Source of the DNA: Candidatus Cloacimonadales bacterium
GTDB taxonomy: Bacteria > Cloacimonadota > Cloacimonadia > Cloacimonadales > JAFGVF01
Length of the DNA stretch: 64,000 bases
Direction of reading: 5' to 3'
NCBI GenBank assembly: GCA_963678315.1
Contig: OY782781.1
Span: 1,344,001 to 1,408,000, forward strand
Part shown: positions 1 to 8,071 of the stretch, in pieces
Position numbering within the stretch: position 1 is the stretch's first letter
Layout of the letters: every line of letters begins with the position of its first letter
Notes under the pieces: model-generated
What the model was told of the DNA's origin: nothing
Database searches by the model: none
Seen by the model: only the letters and a program-made list of their open reading frames with translations
Translations under genes and position numbers: made by a program

Positions 1-8
1 TGGAAGTA

Positions 9-2477
9 CTATTTTAGTTTTAGAACTTTATAGGATTTATTTTGTGAAGGAGTAACCATTTTAAAGAAATAAATACCATTAGCTGTCTTATTACCTTTTG
101 AATCATTTCCATTCCATTCAAACTTATGATTACCTGCTGAGAATGTCTCTCTTTTAACTACTTGACCCAATATATTATACACAGTTACACTTGCTTTTTC
201 TCCGTCTTTAACTTTAAGGTCAGCTTGAGTATTTCCTGCAAATGGTGAAGGATAAGGGTTACCTAGAACTGTTTCGGTAGGCAATTGTGGACTATCTTGT
301 CCTGCTTGAACTTGAACCATGAATGCTTGACTAAGTTCAACTTCATTGCTTAGCTCTCTTGTTTCTAACCAGTAATAATATCTTCCTTCATAAACCTCAT
401 CATCAATAAATGAATATTCTGTAGTTTGAGAAGTGTTGTTTGCTCCAATAATTGAACTGTTAACCCTAACTGAATTTGCTATGTTATCTGTTTCAGATCT
501 AAGAATATTGAAACCTAAAAGATTAGATTCTGATTCTGTAATCCAGTTAATTGAAACATATTCATCTGAATAAGCTATAGCAGTAAAAGAAGCAAGAGTC
601 ACTGGAAGTGTTTCAAAGTCTTCAAGACCTGGACTATTTAGAACTTGTGGTGAGCTGTCCCCATCCATAGCAAGATTATCATCTTCAGAAGTTGCACTAT
701 TGTTTTCAACCACAGTGTTAGTAATGATTGGAGATGAGTTCTCTAGATATATACCAGCTCCTTGGTCATGTGGCGAAGAACCATCAGCATTACCATCGAC
801 TATATGAAGGCCATCAAAGACAGTAATAGCTGATATGTTTTGTGAGAATAATACATGATAACTATTATCATCAGTCAATGCTGGTTGACCTATATCACCT
901 GTTAAAATAACTAAATATTCCTCACTATTTCTGCTCTCTAAACTACTATGACTTGCTGTTGTAGCTTCTTGTGGGAAACCTCCATAGATTTTAACATCAC
1001 TATCTACAATAAATGATAAAGCTCTGTTATCAGCCTCATATCCATCAATATACTGAGTTGGGTAATAAGTTCCTTCAGCTATCCATACTTGTTCTGCTCC
1101 AGAATCAAGAGCTCCCTGTAACCAGGAAGTTGCATTCTCCCAAGAAGAACCATCACCAGATCCTTCAGCACTACTCTTAACGTAGATTATTCCATTAGCA
1201 TCTGGATTTAAAGCTACTTGATAAAAATGTTCATAAGGTCCTAAGTCTACAGAACCTTCTATAATTCTTGGATTTCCCAATATATCTTCACTAAAGGCGA
1301 GAGGAGAGTTAATATAACTATTGTTACCAGAATTTAAGCATGGAGAATTTTCCATTAATCGCCAATCACCAGCCTCCGGGTTAAAGAAGTTAGGACCTGT
1401 CAGTGCGTCGTTAGTTGCTGAAAGGCTTATGTTGTTGTAAGAACTAGATCCTGCTTCGATTGCGCAATAGCTAGTTGAGATAGAAGTTCCTCCTGTTTGA
1501 TTGCTTGAAGAATATCGTTTATTACCCCATATAATAGTGTTATAAACTTTAGTTCTACTTGAACTAGTACCGTAGCATCCAATACCACCACCTGTTCCAT
1601 TAGTTTTGTTATTTGCTATAACTGTATTTATAATGTAATGTCCTGGTGAAGACCAAGAACAACAAACACCACCTCCTCGAGCTGATGTTTTGGGAGCATA
1701 ATTATCAGTTACAATTGAGTTTATTAAGTAACCTCCATTATGAAGTTTTACTCCTCCACCATCTCCGTTATCAGTGCCACCTTCAGCGTAATTTCTGGAT
1801 ACTACACAATCTAATAGAACACCACCAGAGAAAGTAATTGCTCCCCCTGCATTTAAGGCTCTATTATATATGATTCTACAATTCTGTAAATATGCTTTAT
1901 TATTAGTTAAATGAGCTCCCCCTCCATCGTGATAAGGCTTACCTGAAACTTTTGTATTCCCATTTCCACCACTAATAGTAAATCCATCTAAATGAGTTGT
2001 TGTATAAACATTATAGAAATAGACCACATTATAGGAATTATCTGTATTCTTTACTTGAGATGAAGACCATGTTTCCCATTTAGAATAATCATCATCATTA
2101 TTCAAGTCTCCACTAAGAATAGATTCATTAACCTGACCAATCCAATAGTTACTTCTTTCATCTATTGATGTTTCATTGCCTGCAAATCCTCCATAAACAT
2201 CAATGCCAGATCTAATGATAAATGTTTTTGTTCTATTTTGGACTAAGCTACTAGTATAGCCTTTGGGATTATAACTTGTTGGCATATATTTACCTTTTGC
2301 TACCCACACATCATCACCACTTGAGGCTTGGTCAATAGCATCTTGAACTTCATTAAAAGCAGTCGCCCATGTTAAACCATCGCTGTTATCACCAGTTTTT
2401 GAAACATAATAAATCGATGCAAATAGATTTACTGTTGTTAAAATAACCAAAGCTATTAAGATACTAACTTTCTTCAT
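9..2477 (-). CDS. Secreted right-handed beta-helix (pectin-lyase-like, choice-of-anchor Q type) protein with C-terminal FlgD-Ig/T9SS-type sorting domain
   Basis: Signal peptide MKKVSILIALVILTTVNLFA; AAAGGAG RBS before ATG 2477; two copies of a YV..DG.SW..A...GTY.P...YGGF...L.GD module; 'DILGNPRI..GSVDLGPYE'; 'LPVTLASFTA' and 'NPYPSPF...VYNILGQVV...WNG.D..G...ANGIYF' tail. Confidence 0.8.
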   Translation of the reverse strand: MKKVSILIALVILTTVNLFASIYYVSKTGDNSDGLTWATAFNEVQDAIDQASSGDDVWVAKGKYMPTSYNPKGYTSSLVQNRTKTFIIRSGIDVYGGFAGNETSIDERSNYWIGQVNESILSGDLNNDDDYSKWETWSSSQVKNTDNSYNVVYFYNVYTTTHLDGFTISGGNGNTKVSGKPYHDGGGAHLTNNKAYLQNCRIIYNRALNAGGAITFSGGVLLDCVVSRNYAEGGTDNGDGGGVKLHNGGYLINSIVTDNYAPKTSARGGGVCCSWSSPGHYIINTVIANNKTNGTGGGIGCYGTSSSRTKVYNTIIWGNKRYSSSNQTGGTSISTSYCAIEAGSSSYNNISLSATNDALTGPNFFNPEAGDWRLMENSPCLNSGNNSYINSPLAFSEDILGNPRIIEGSVDLGPYEHFYQVALNPDANGIIYVKSSAEGSGDGSSWENATSWLQGALDSGAEQVWIAEGTYYPTQYIDGYEADNRALSFIVDSDVKIYGGFPQEATTASHSSLESRNSEEYLVILTGDIGQPALTDDNSYHVLFSQNISAITVFDGLHIVDGNADGSSPHDQGAGIYLENSSPIITNTVVENNSATSEDDNLAMDGDSSPQVLNSPGLEDFETLPVTLASFTAIAYSDEYVSINWITESESNLLGFNILRSETDNIANSVRVNSSIIGANNTSQTTEYSFIDDEVYEGRYYYWLETRELSNEVELSQAFMVQVQAGQDSPQLPTETVLGNPYPSPFAGNTQADLKVKDGEKASVTVYNILGQVVKRETFSAGNHKFEWNGNDSKGNKTANGIYFFKMVTPSQNKSYKVLKLK

Positions 2478-2679
2478 AAGTTCTCCTTTGTTCATTAAAG
2501 TCATTAATTATTTTAGTAACTTCATCAATTTCTCTTATTGAGAAAAAGAAGTTAACAATTTCCCCATCATTTTTTGTAATGGTTGTTACCCATTGCTTGT
2601 GAAACCATGCTGGGTAACTTACAAGTATCGCTGATTCAAGCTCTTTGGCAAAATATTCTAAATTATTATTTTTATTCAT
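2464..2679 (-). CDS. Possible small (71 aa) hypothetical protein, near-leaderless, upstream of the secreted protein
   Basis: ATG lies about 3 nt downstream of the start predicted from the sigma-54 promoter; stop overlaps the next gene start by 14 nt; protein-like composition; no RBS and no recognised homology. Confidence 0.4.
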   Translation of the reverse strand: MNKNNNLEYFAKELESAILVSYPAWFHKQWVTTITKNDGEIVNFFFSIREIDEVTKIINDFNEQRRTYEES

Positions 2680-2692
2680 ACAATGATACTAC

Positions 2693-2708
2693 TGCAATGT
2701 TTGTTCCA
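2693..2708 (-). promoter_or_regulatory. Sigma-54 (-24/-12) promoter
   Basis: Minus strand reads TGGAAC-AAACA-TTGCA: exact GG-N10-GC spacing, one mismatch to TGGCAC-N5-TTGCW; adjacent to a divergent GAFTGA activator. Confidence 0.7.
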
Positions 2709-2772
2709 TTTTTAGTATGTCTTGTTAATACATTAACTAACAATAATTTAACATGTGAATGCTTCTATTTCT

Positions 2773-2833
2773 TATCGAATTACGATATAACTTTATCCCG
2801 TTATTGGGATTGTATTTCTTTCGTTTTCGGGAT
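2773..2833. promoter_or_regulatory. Candidate upstream activator sites for the sigma-54 activator
   Basis: Palindromes TATCG-N5-CGATA (2773-2787) and ATCCC-N6-GGGAT (2795-2810) plus a degenerate copy (2818-2833), about 90-150 bp upstream of the predicted start. Confidence 0.45.
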
Positions 2834-2893
2834 AGCTGATACTTTTGACTTGACATTAATCATTTGCTAAAGAGTATTTTGTTAGGAGTTAAT

Positions 2894-5152
2894 ATGTCAG
2901 TAACTAAACAACTAATTAATAAAGACGTTAAAGAGTTTTTTGAAAGAATATTATTAGAGAAGAATGACGGTAGTGGAAATGAACAGTTAATGAATCTTAT
3001 CGAAGATTTATATAGGCAGTTTTCTCAATTCAATAAATTTAACTACAAACCATCAAAAAGTTCATGTATTTATTTTATTGAGACAGCCTTAATTGAATCT
3101 AAGATGACAACTCTTTGTCCTTCTGCTTCTCACTTGATAAGAATAAAAACAGTAGGCAACTATTTGAGTGATTATGACAAGGTGCTTGAAATATTTGTTG
3201 GCTATTTCATTCAGTCAATCTTCTATTTTAAAGATCAAACTGAAGACTTTATCAAAGAAATATTACATTTTATAGATAGTCATGATATAAGAACTTCACT
3301 TGCATACGCTTATAGTCAGATAATGATGTATTATTCCTCCAAGAGAGAATTTGAGAAAGCAAGTCTAATCAATCACCGTTTTTCAAGCTATATATCTATA
3401 GACAATTCAGAAGATTCCATGGCATATTATTATCTAGCGCTGGGTAAATTCAATTTTGCTAAGAAGAACATGTATCAAACTATTTACTACTTAAAGAAAG
3501 TATTCAAAAATAAGTCTATAAAGACAAAGAACAAGTCTGTTATTTATAGGGCATATTATGTAATGGCAATAGCTTATGCATCTAACTCAATGTTAGATTC
3601 AGCAATAAAGTACATAGATAAGTGTTTAGAAGAAGAATGTCCATTAGATAGAGTACAGATAAAGCTCATGAAAGCAAGAATGCTTGGTCAGAACAAAGAA
3701 TATACAAAGGCAATTACATTGATTGATGAGCTTTACTTAAACACTCCTACTCAAGAGTTGCAGAATAGGCTGACCCAAGAGAAATTTATGATTGCAATTA
3801 TGAATAAGCAGAATGATGATGCACATGACATTTATTGTGCTAATAAAGTCTCAATTGAGCAAAACGTTCCAGACTTATTCTTGTATTCATATTACCTTGA
3901 ACAATCATTAATAGATAAAATTGATATAGAAGCTGTCAAGGATAAGATAAGTAATGAGTTAGCAAGCAAGAAAGATTATTGTTTAGAGTATGTTTCATTG
4001 TTGGTTGAGTATTATCTTAAGATAAAAGACACTAATTCTGCTAATTATTATTTTGAGATGTTTCGTAAATACAACAGTACTTTCAAAAGAGAGAAAAGTT
4101 CTTCTCAACTAGAGTATTTTGAAGAGTTAGCAAATTCTTATGAAGCACTATCTAATCAAGATATTATAAAGAAAGAACTCCATTATGAGAAGCTTTCTTC
4201 TGAGTTAGAACAGTCTATTATTGGCAAATCTCTAGTAATCAATAAAATAAAGAAGGAAAGTTCTAATGTTGCTAAAGCTAGCTTTAGCAATGTATTGTTA
4301 CAAGGTGAAACAGGTGTTGGTAAAGAGTTGCTTGCTAAATATATCCACTATGCAAGTAACAGGAATAAACATAATTTCTGTGAGTTAAATCTTGCTTCAA
4401 TAACACCTAATCTTATAGAATCTGAGTTGTTCGGTTATAAAAAAGGTGCTTTTACAGGGGCTCATAAAGATAAATTAGGTCTTCTAAATATTGCAGATAA
4501 TGGAACTTTATTTCTTGATGAAGTATCAGAAATTCCTCTTGATTTACAAGCAAAGCTTCTGAAAGTTCTAGAAGAAAAAGAATTTTATCCTTTAGGTTCA
4601 ACAGTATCCACTAAATCAGATTTCCGGATTATAAGTGCTTCAAACAAGAATTTACTTGAATTAGTAAATCAAAATAAATTTAGATTAGATCTATACTATA
4701 GACTTTGCAACTATGAAATTAATATTCCTCCATTGCGTGAAAGAGCTAAGGATATACTTCTAATCGCAGAACATTTTCTTGAATATTACTGTAGTAAGCT
4801 TAACATTGATAAACCTATTTTTGATGAAGAAGCAAATGCTCTTCTAATGGGATATTCTTACCCTGGTAATGTGCGAGAATTAAAGAATATAATGCAACGT
4901 ATTTCCATTTCACTGATTAATAACGAGGATATTCACTATATTTTGAAATGCTACTTTGGTTTAAACAATACTAATAATCAAGAATCCATGACAAAAGAGC
5001 TAAAGCTTGACGAAGTAATCAAGAATGCTGTCATTGATGCCTTAAAGCAAACTAATGGAGTACAGAGTCAAGCTGCTAAACTACTAGGTATTACTGCTAA
5101 TTCAATAGCAAGAAGAATTCACAAATATAAATTATATGACTACTGCAAATAG
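2894..5152 (+). CDS. Sigma-54-dependent transcriptional activator (bEBP) with TPR-like N-terminus and Fis-type HTH
   Basis: GETGVGKE Walker A, ESELFG, GAFTGA, LFLDE Walker B, FRLDLYYRL, YPGNVREL, C-terminal AAKLLGI HTH; AGGAG RBS before ATG 2894. Confidence 0.92.
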   Translation: MSVTKQLINKDVKEFFERILLEKNDGSGNEQLMNLIEDLYRQFSQFNKFNYKPSKSSCIYFIETALIESKMTTLCPSASHLIRIKTVGNYLSDYDKVLEIFVGYFIQSIFYFKDQTEDFIKEILHFIDSHDIRTSLAYAYSQIMMYYSSKREFEKASLINHRFSSYISIDNSEDSMAYYYLALGKFNFAKKNMYQTIYYLKKVFKNKSIKTKNKSVIYRAYYVMAIAYASNSMLDSAIKYIDKCLEEECPLDRVQIKLMKARMLGQNKEYTKAITLIDELYLNTPTQELQNRLTQEKFMIAIMNKQNDDAHDIYCANKVSIEQNVPDLFLYSYYLEQSLIDKIDIEAVKDKISNELASKKDYCLEYVSLLVEYYLKIKDTNSANYYFEMFRKYNSTFKREKSSSQLEYFEELANSYEALSNQDIIKKELHYEKLSSELEQSIIGKSLVINKIKKESSNVAKASFSNVLLQGETGVGKELLAKYIHYASNRNKHNFCELNLASITPNLIESELFGYKKGAFTGAHKDKLGLLNIADNGTLFLDEVSEIPLDLQAKLLKVLEEKEFYPLGSTVSTKSDFRIISASNKNLLELVNQNKFRLDLYYRLCNYEINIPPLRERAKDILLIAEHFLEYYCSKLNIDKPIFDEEANALLMGYSYPGNVRELKNIMQRISISLINNEDIHYILKCYFGLNNTNNQESMTKELKLDEVIKNAVIDALKQTNGVQSQAAKLLGITANSIARRIHKYKLYDYCK

Positions 5153-5160
5153 AATCTACA

Positions 5161-5440
5161 TACTTTGGACACAAGCTTCTAGCTTGTATCTGAGACATTT
5201 TTCCAAACGTCTCTACAGTTGGATTGCAAGCAACAGTATTCGCCTGTCACAGTCCCTGCTTGCGAAAGTGTTTGGGATTGTAAGCTTCCCAGCTTACGAA
5301 TCTATTTTGCGTAAGCATGAACTTTGTTCAACCTATCGGTGGATGCTTACACTCCCTTTTCTGAGACGTTTTCAAACGTCTTTACTTTGGTACACAAGCT
5401 TCTAGCTTGTATCTGAGATGTTTTTCCAAACGTCTCTACT
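5161..5440. repeat. Cluster of REP-like palindromes, including a ~57-bp direct repeat
   Basis: tactttgg(t)acacaagcttctagcttgtatctgaga...ccaaacgtctctac at 5161 and 5384; GGATTG(T/C)AAGC...GCTTRCGAA units and an inverted ...GGATGCTTACACTCC unit, shared with the arrays at 31.55 kb and 55.2 kb. Confidence 0.85.
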
Positions 5441-5591
5441 GTTGCTTGCACCCCAAAACCTTTTCTGTAGATACACACGGACGTGTGTATATGAAGTTCA
5501 TGAAAATGAACGAATAAAAATCATTTGATAAACGATGAAATACTTTTTATCATCGAGACGAATGTCCGTTCGTCTCTATAAGATATTGTCC

Positions 5592-5862
5592 AGTCCTAAA
5601 TAATTTGACTGTTTTTCGTGTTATTCGTGCTTTTCGTGGTAAACTTCTCTGTTTGCAGATAAAGCTTAGCCTTTATGTCGCCCTTTCAGGGCTTTTTTTA
5701 TTTTTTAACTATTACATGGAGGGCAAGCCTCCATGCTTAGTATATGCCACCCCTTCGGGGTTTTTATGGATATCCTAATAGCTCCTCACTCCTAACTCCT
5801 AACTTCTAACTTAAGTGCCACCTTGAAAAAATGGCTTTTTTTCAATGAGGCCATTAAGGGAG
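5592..5862 (-). repeat. Composite multi-hairpin dispersed repeat (inverted copy of the element at 18536-19090)
   Basis: Reverse complement aligns module by module with the 18.5-19.0 kb element. Confidence 0.85.
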
Positions 5863-6141
5863 CAGTTACTGGCAATACAACGTTACTAGCTGACAAAGAG
5901 GAATAATTTTGTCAAATCAGAATAATATAAGCATTCCTGTAAAAAGCATGAGTTAATTTCTAGTAAAGATATTACTTGACCCCTATTAAGTAATTTTAGA
6001 AATTGTTGTTAGCTACAAGTTTTAGTTTATTTACAATCAGTTATACATTTTTTTTGCTACTCTTAAAGGTTTCTAGCACTTGACTTTAGTTAGTGATTTT
6101 AACAGCAGAATATCTGCAATAATAAAGTTAAAGGTGGTAGT

Positions 6142-6870
6142 ATGAAACGCTTATTTGTTCTTTTATTTGTTGTGTTAACTTGTTCAATGTTTGCTCAAAA
6201 TGTACAGGTTCATTATGATTTTGGCGATGGTGATGAAGGTGAAAAAGGTAACAGAGAACATTTTACAACTACAGTAGAAATGCTTAAGTTTGACCAGTGG
6301 GGTTCAACTTTTGCTTTTATCGACTTCGATTACAATGATAATGCAGAGAAGCAAAGTGCTTCTGGAGCTTATTGGGAAATCACAAGAATGTTCAACATTC
6401 CTAAAGTTAATGGTCTACAATTAGGTCTTCAATACAATGATGGTCTAGGTTTAGCATATACAGAAACTTATGATAACGTTAGTTCAGGTTTCGGTAATGT
6501 ATGGCTTGCAGGTATTCAATATCCAATAGATTTAAAAGTAGTTACCTTGTACACAAGCTTATGGGTAAGAGAAGCTGAAGGTCAAGATACAAACTTCCAA
6601 GCAACAGTAGTTTGGACTAAAAAGTTCCTTGAAGATCAAATTGTTTTTACAGGTTTCTTGGATTTCTGGGGACAAGACAATGCTGATTGGGATGAAGATG
6701 GAACAGATTCACAATATGTATTACTTACAGAACCACAAATCTGGTGGGATATGCCTTGGGTTGATCAATTATCAATTGGTACTGAAGTTGAAATCAGCAA
6801 AAACTTTATATATGGTGCAAATGATGATTTAAAAGTATGCCCAACACTTGGCATGAAATGGGAATTCTAG
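6142..6870 (+). CDS. Outer-membrane beta-barrel, DUF5020/Tsx-like nucleoside channel
   Basis: Signal peptide; QNVQVHYDFG, TTTVEM.KFDQWGSTF.F.DFDY, LLTEPQIW; terminal aromatic residues (KWEF); first gene before a nucleoside ABC operon. Confidence 0.75.
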   Translation: MKRLFVLLFVVLTCSMFAQNVQVHYDFGDGDEGEKGNREHFTTTVEMLKFDQWGSTFAFIDFDYNDNAEKQSASGAYWEITRMFNIPKVNGLQLGLQYNDGLGLAYTETYDNVSSGFGNVWLAGIQYPIDLKVVTLYTSLWVREAEGQDTNFQATVVWTKKFLEDQIVFTGFLDFWGQDNADWDEDGTDSQYVLLTEPQIWWDMPWVDQLSIGTEVEISKNFIYGANDDLKVCPTLGMKWEF

Positions 6871-6905
6871 AAAATAATAATAATTAAAGAATAAAGAGGA
6901 TTTAA

Positions 6906-7985
6906 ATGAAAAGACTTACTTGTCTCATTTTAATTGTGGTAGTTGCTATTTTAATGCTTGCTTGCGGTGCTGAAAAGAAGGCTGATAACAATAAGCTTAA
7001 AGTTGGTTTCGTGTATGTTGGTCCTATCGGAGATGGTGGCTGGACCTATGCTCATAATGAAGGAAGATTAGCCATTGAGAAGATGGATATAGTAGAAAAG
7101 ACTATTTTTTCAGAAAGTGTTGCTGAAAGTGCTGATGCTGAAAGTACAATTAGAAAAATGGCTAATGCTGATTGTGATATTATCTTCACTACCTCTTATG
7201 GTTTCATGGATTACACAGTAAACGCAGCTAAAGACTATCCAGAAAAAACATTTATGCATTGTTCTGGATATAAGACTACAGATAATGTAAGTGCATATTT
7301 TGGTAAAATGTATCAAGCTAGATATTTAGCTGGTATCTCAGCTGGAAAAATGACTGAAAATAATTTAATCGGATATGTTGCTCCTTACGAAAATCCTGAA
7401 TGTATTAGAATAGCAAATGCTTTCTATTTAGGGGCTAAGAGCGTTAATCCAGATGTAAAAATGAAATTAGTTTATGTTAACAGCTGGTATGATCCTGCAA
7501 AAGAAAAAGAATATACCTTATCTCTTATTGATGCAGGTTGTGATTTAATTGCTCAACATGCTGATTCTGCTGCTCCACAACAAGCTGCTGAAGAAAGAGG
7601 CGTATGGTGTATTGGATACAACACTGATATGAGAGATTTTGCTCCAAAAATGAATATTACTTCAACAGTATGGGATTGGAGTGGTTTCTACACAGATGTT
7701 GTTGAAAAAGTACATGAAGGTACATGGGAATCAGGCAAATATAATCCTGGAATAGAATCAGGTATCGTTGGATTAGCTCCATTTAATGAAGCTGTACCAA
7801 AAGAAATTGTAGAACTAGTAGAAGCAAAGAAATTAGAAATCATTGAAGGTAAATTAAAAGTATTTGCTGGTCCTATTAATGATTCTCAAGGTCAACTCAA
7901 GGTTAATGAAGGTGCTGTTGCTACTAGTGATGAACTTTCAACGATGGATTGGTATGTCGAAGGAATAATGGCTGACAAGAAATAA
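6906..7985 (+). CDS. BMP-family ABC substrate-binding lipoprotein (purine nucleoside type)
   Basis: Lipobox MLAC; KVGFVYVGPIGDGGWTYAH, IIFTTSYGFMD, SWYDPAKE. Confidence 0.9.
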   Translation: MKRLTCLILIVVVAILMLACGAEKKADNNKLKVGFVYVGPIGDGGWTYAHNEGRLAIEKMDIVEKTIFSESVAESADAESTIRKMANADCDIIFTTSYGFMDYTVNAAKDYPEKTFMHCSGYKTTDNVSAYFGKMYQARYLAGISAGKMTENNLIGYVAPYENPECIRIANAFYLGAKSVNPDVKMKLVYVNSWYDPAKEKEYTLSLIDAGCDLIAQHADSAAPQQAAEERGVWCIGYNTDMRDFAPKMNITSTVWDWSGFYTDVVEKVHEGTWESGKYNPGIESGIVGLAPFNEAVPKEIVELVEAKKLEIIEGKLKVFAGPINDSQGQLKVNEGAVATSDELSTMDWYVEGIMADKK

Positions 7986-8000
7986 ATATCTATAACTTTT

Positions 8001-8028
8001 AGGGAGTGCTTTATGCATTCCCTTTTTT
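8001..8028 (+). terminator. Intrinsic terminator or stabilising hairpin after the BMP gene
   Basis: agggagtgc-tttat-gcattccct followed by a T-run. Confidence 0.7.
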
Positions 8029-8071
8029 ATATTTTCTCAAACATTAATCCCAATTTGGGTTTATCAAGGTA

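Noticed and set aside
9..2477. Diversity-generating retroelement template/variable repeat pair in the duplicated module
   Set aside because: Similarity is at the protein level and is not limited to adenine positions; no reverse transcriptase in the window
5136..5405. 89-aa ORF
   Set aside because: Lies across REP-like palindromes; no RBS; composition is not protein-like
6055..6105. Purine riboswitch upstream of the nucleoside uptake operon (GGTTTCTA followed by a hairpin)
   Set aside because: No P2 stem with the conserved loop, no P1 and no kissing-loop complement could be built; an Rfam scan would settle it
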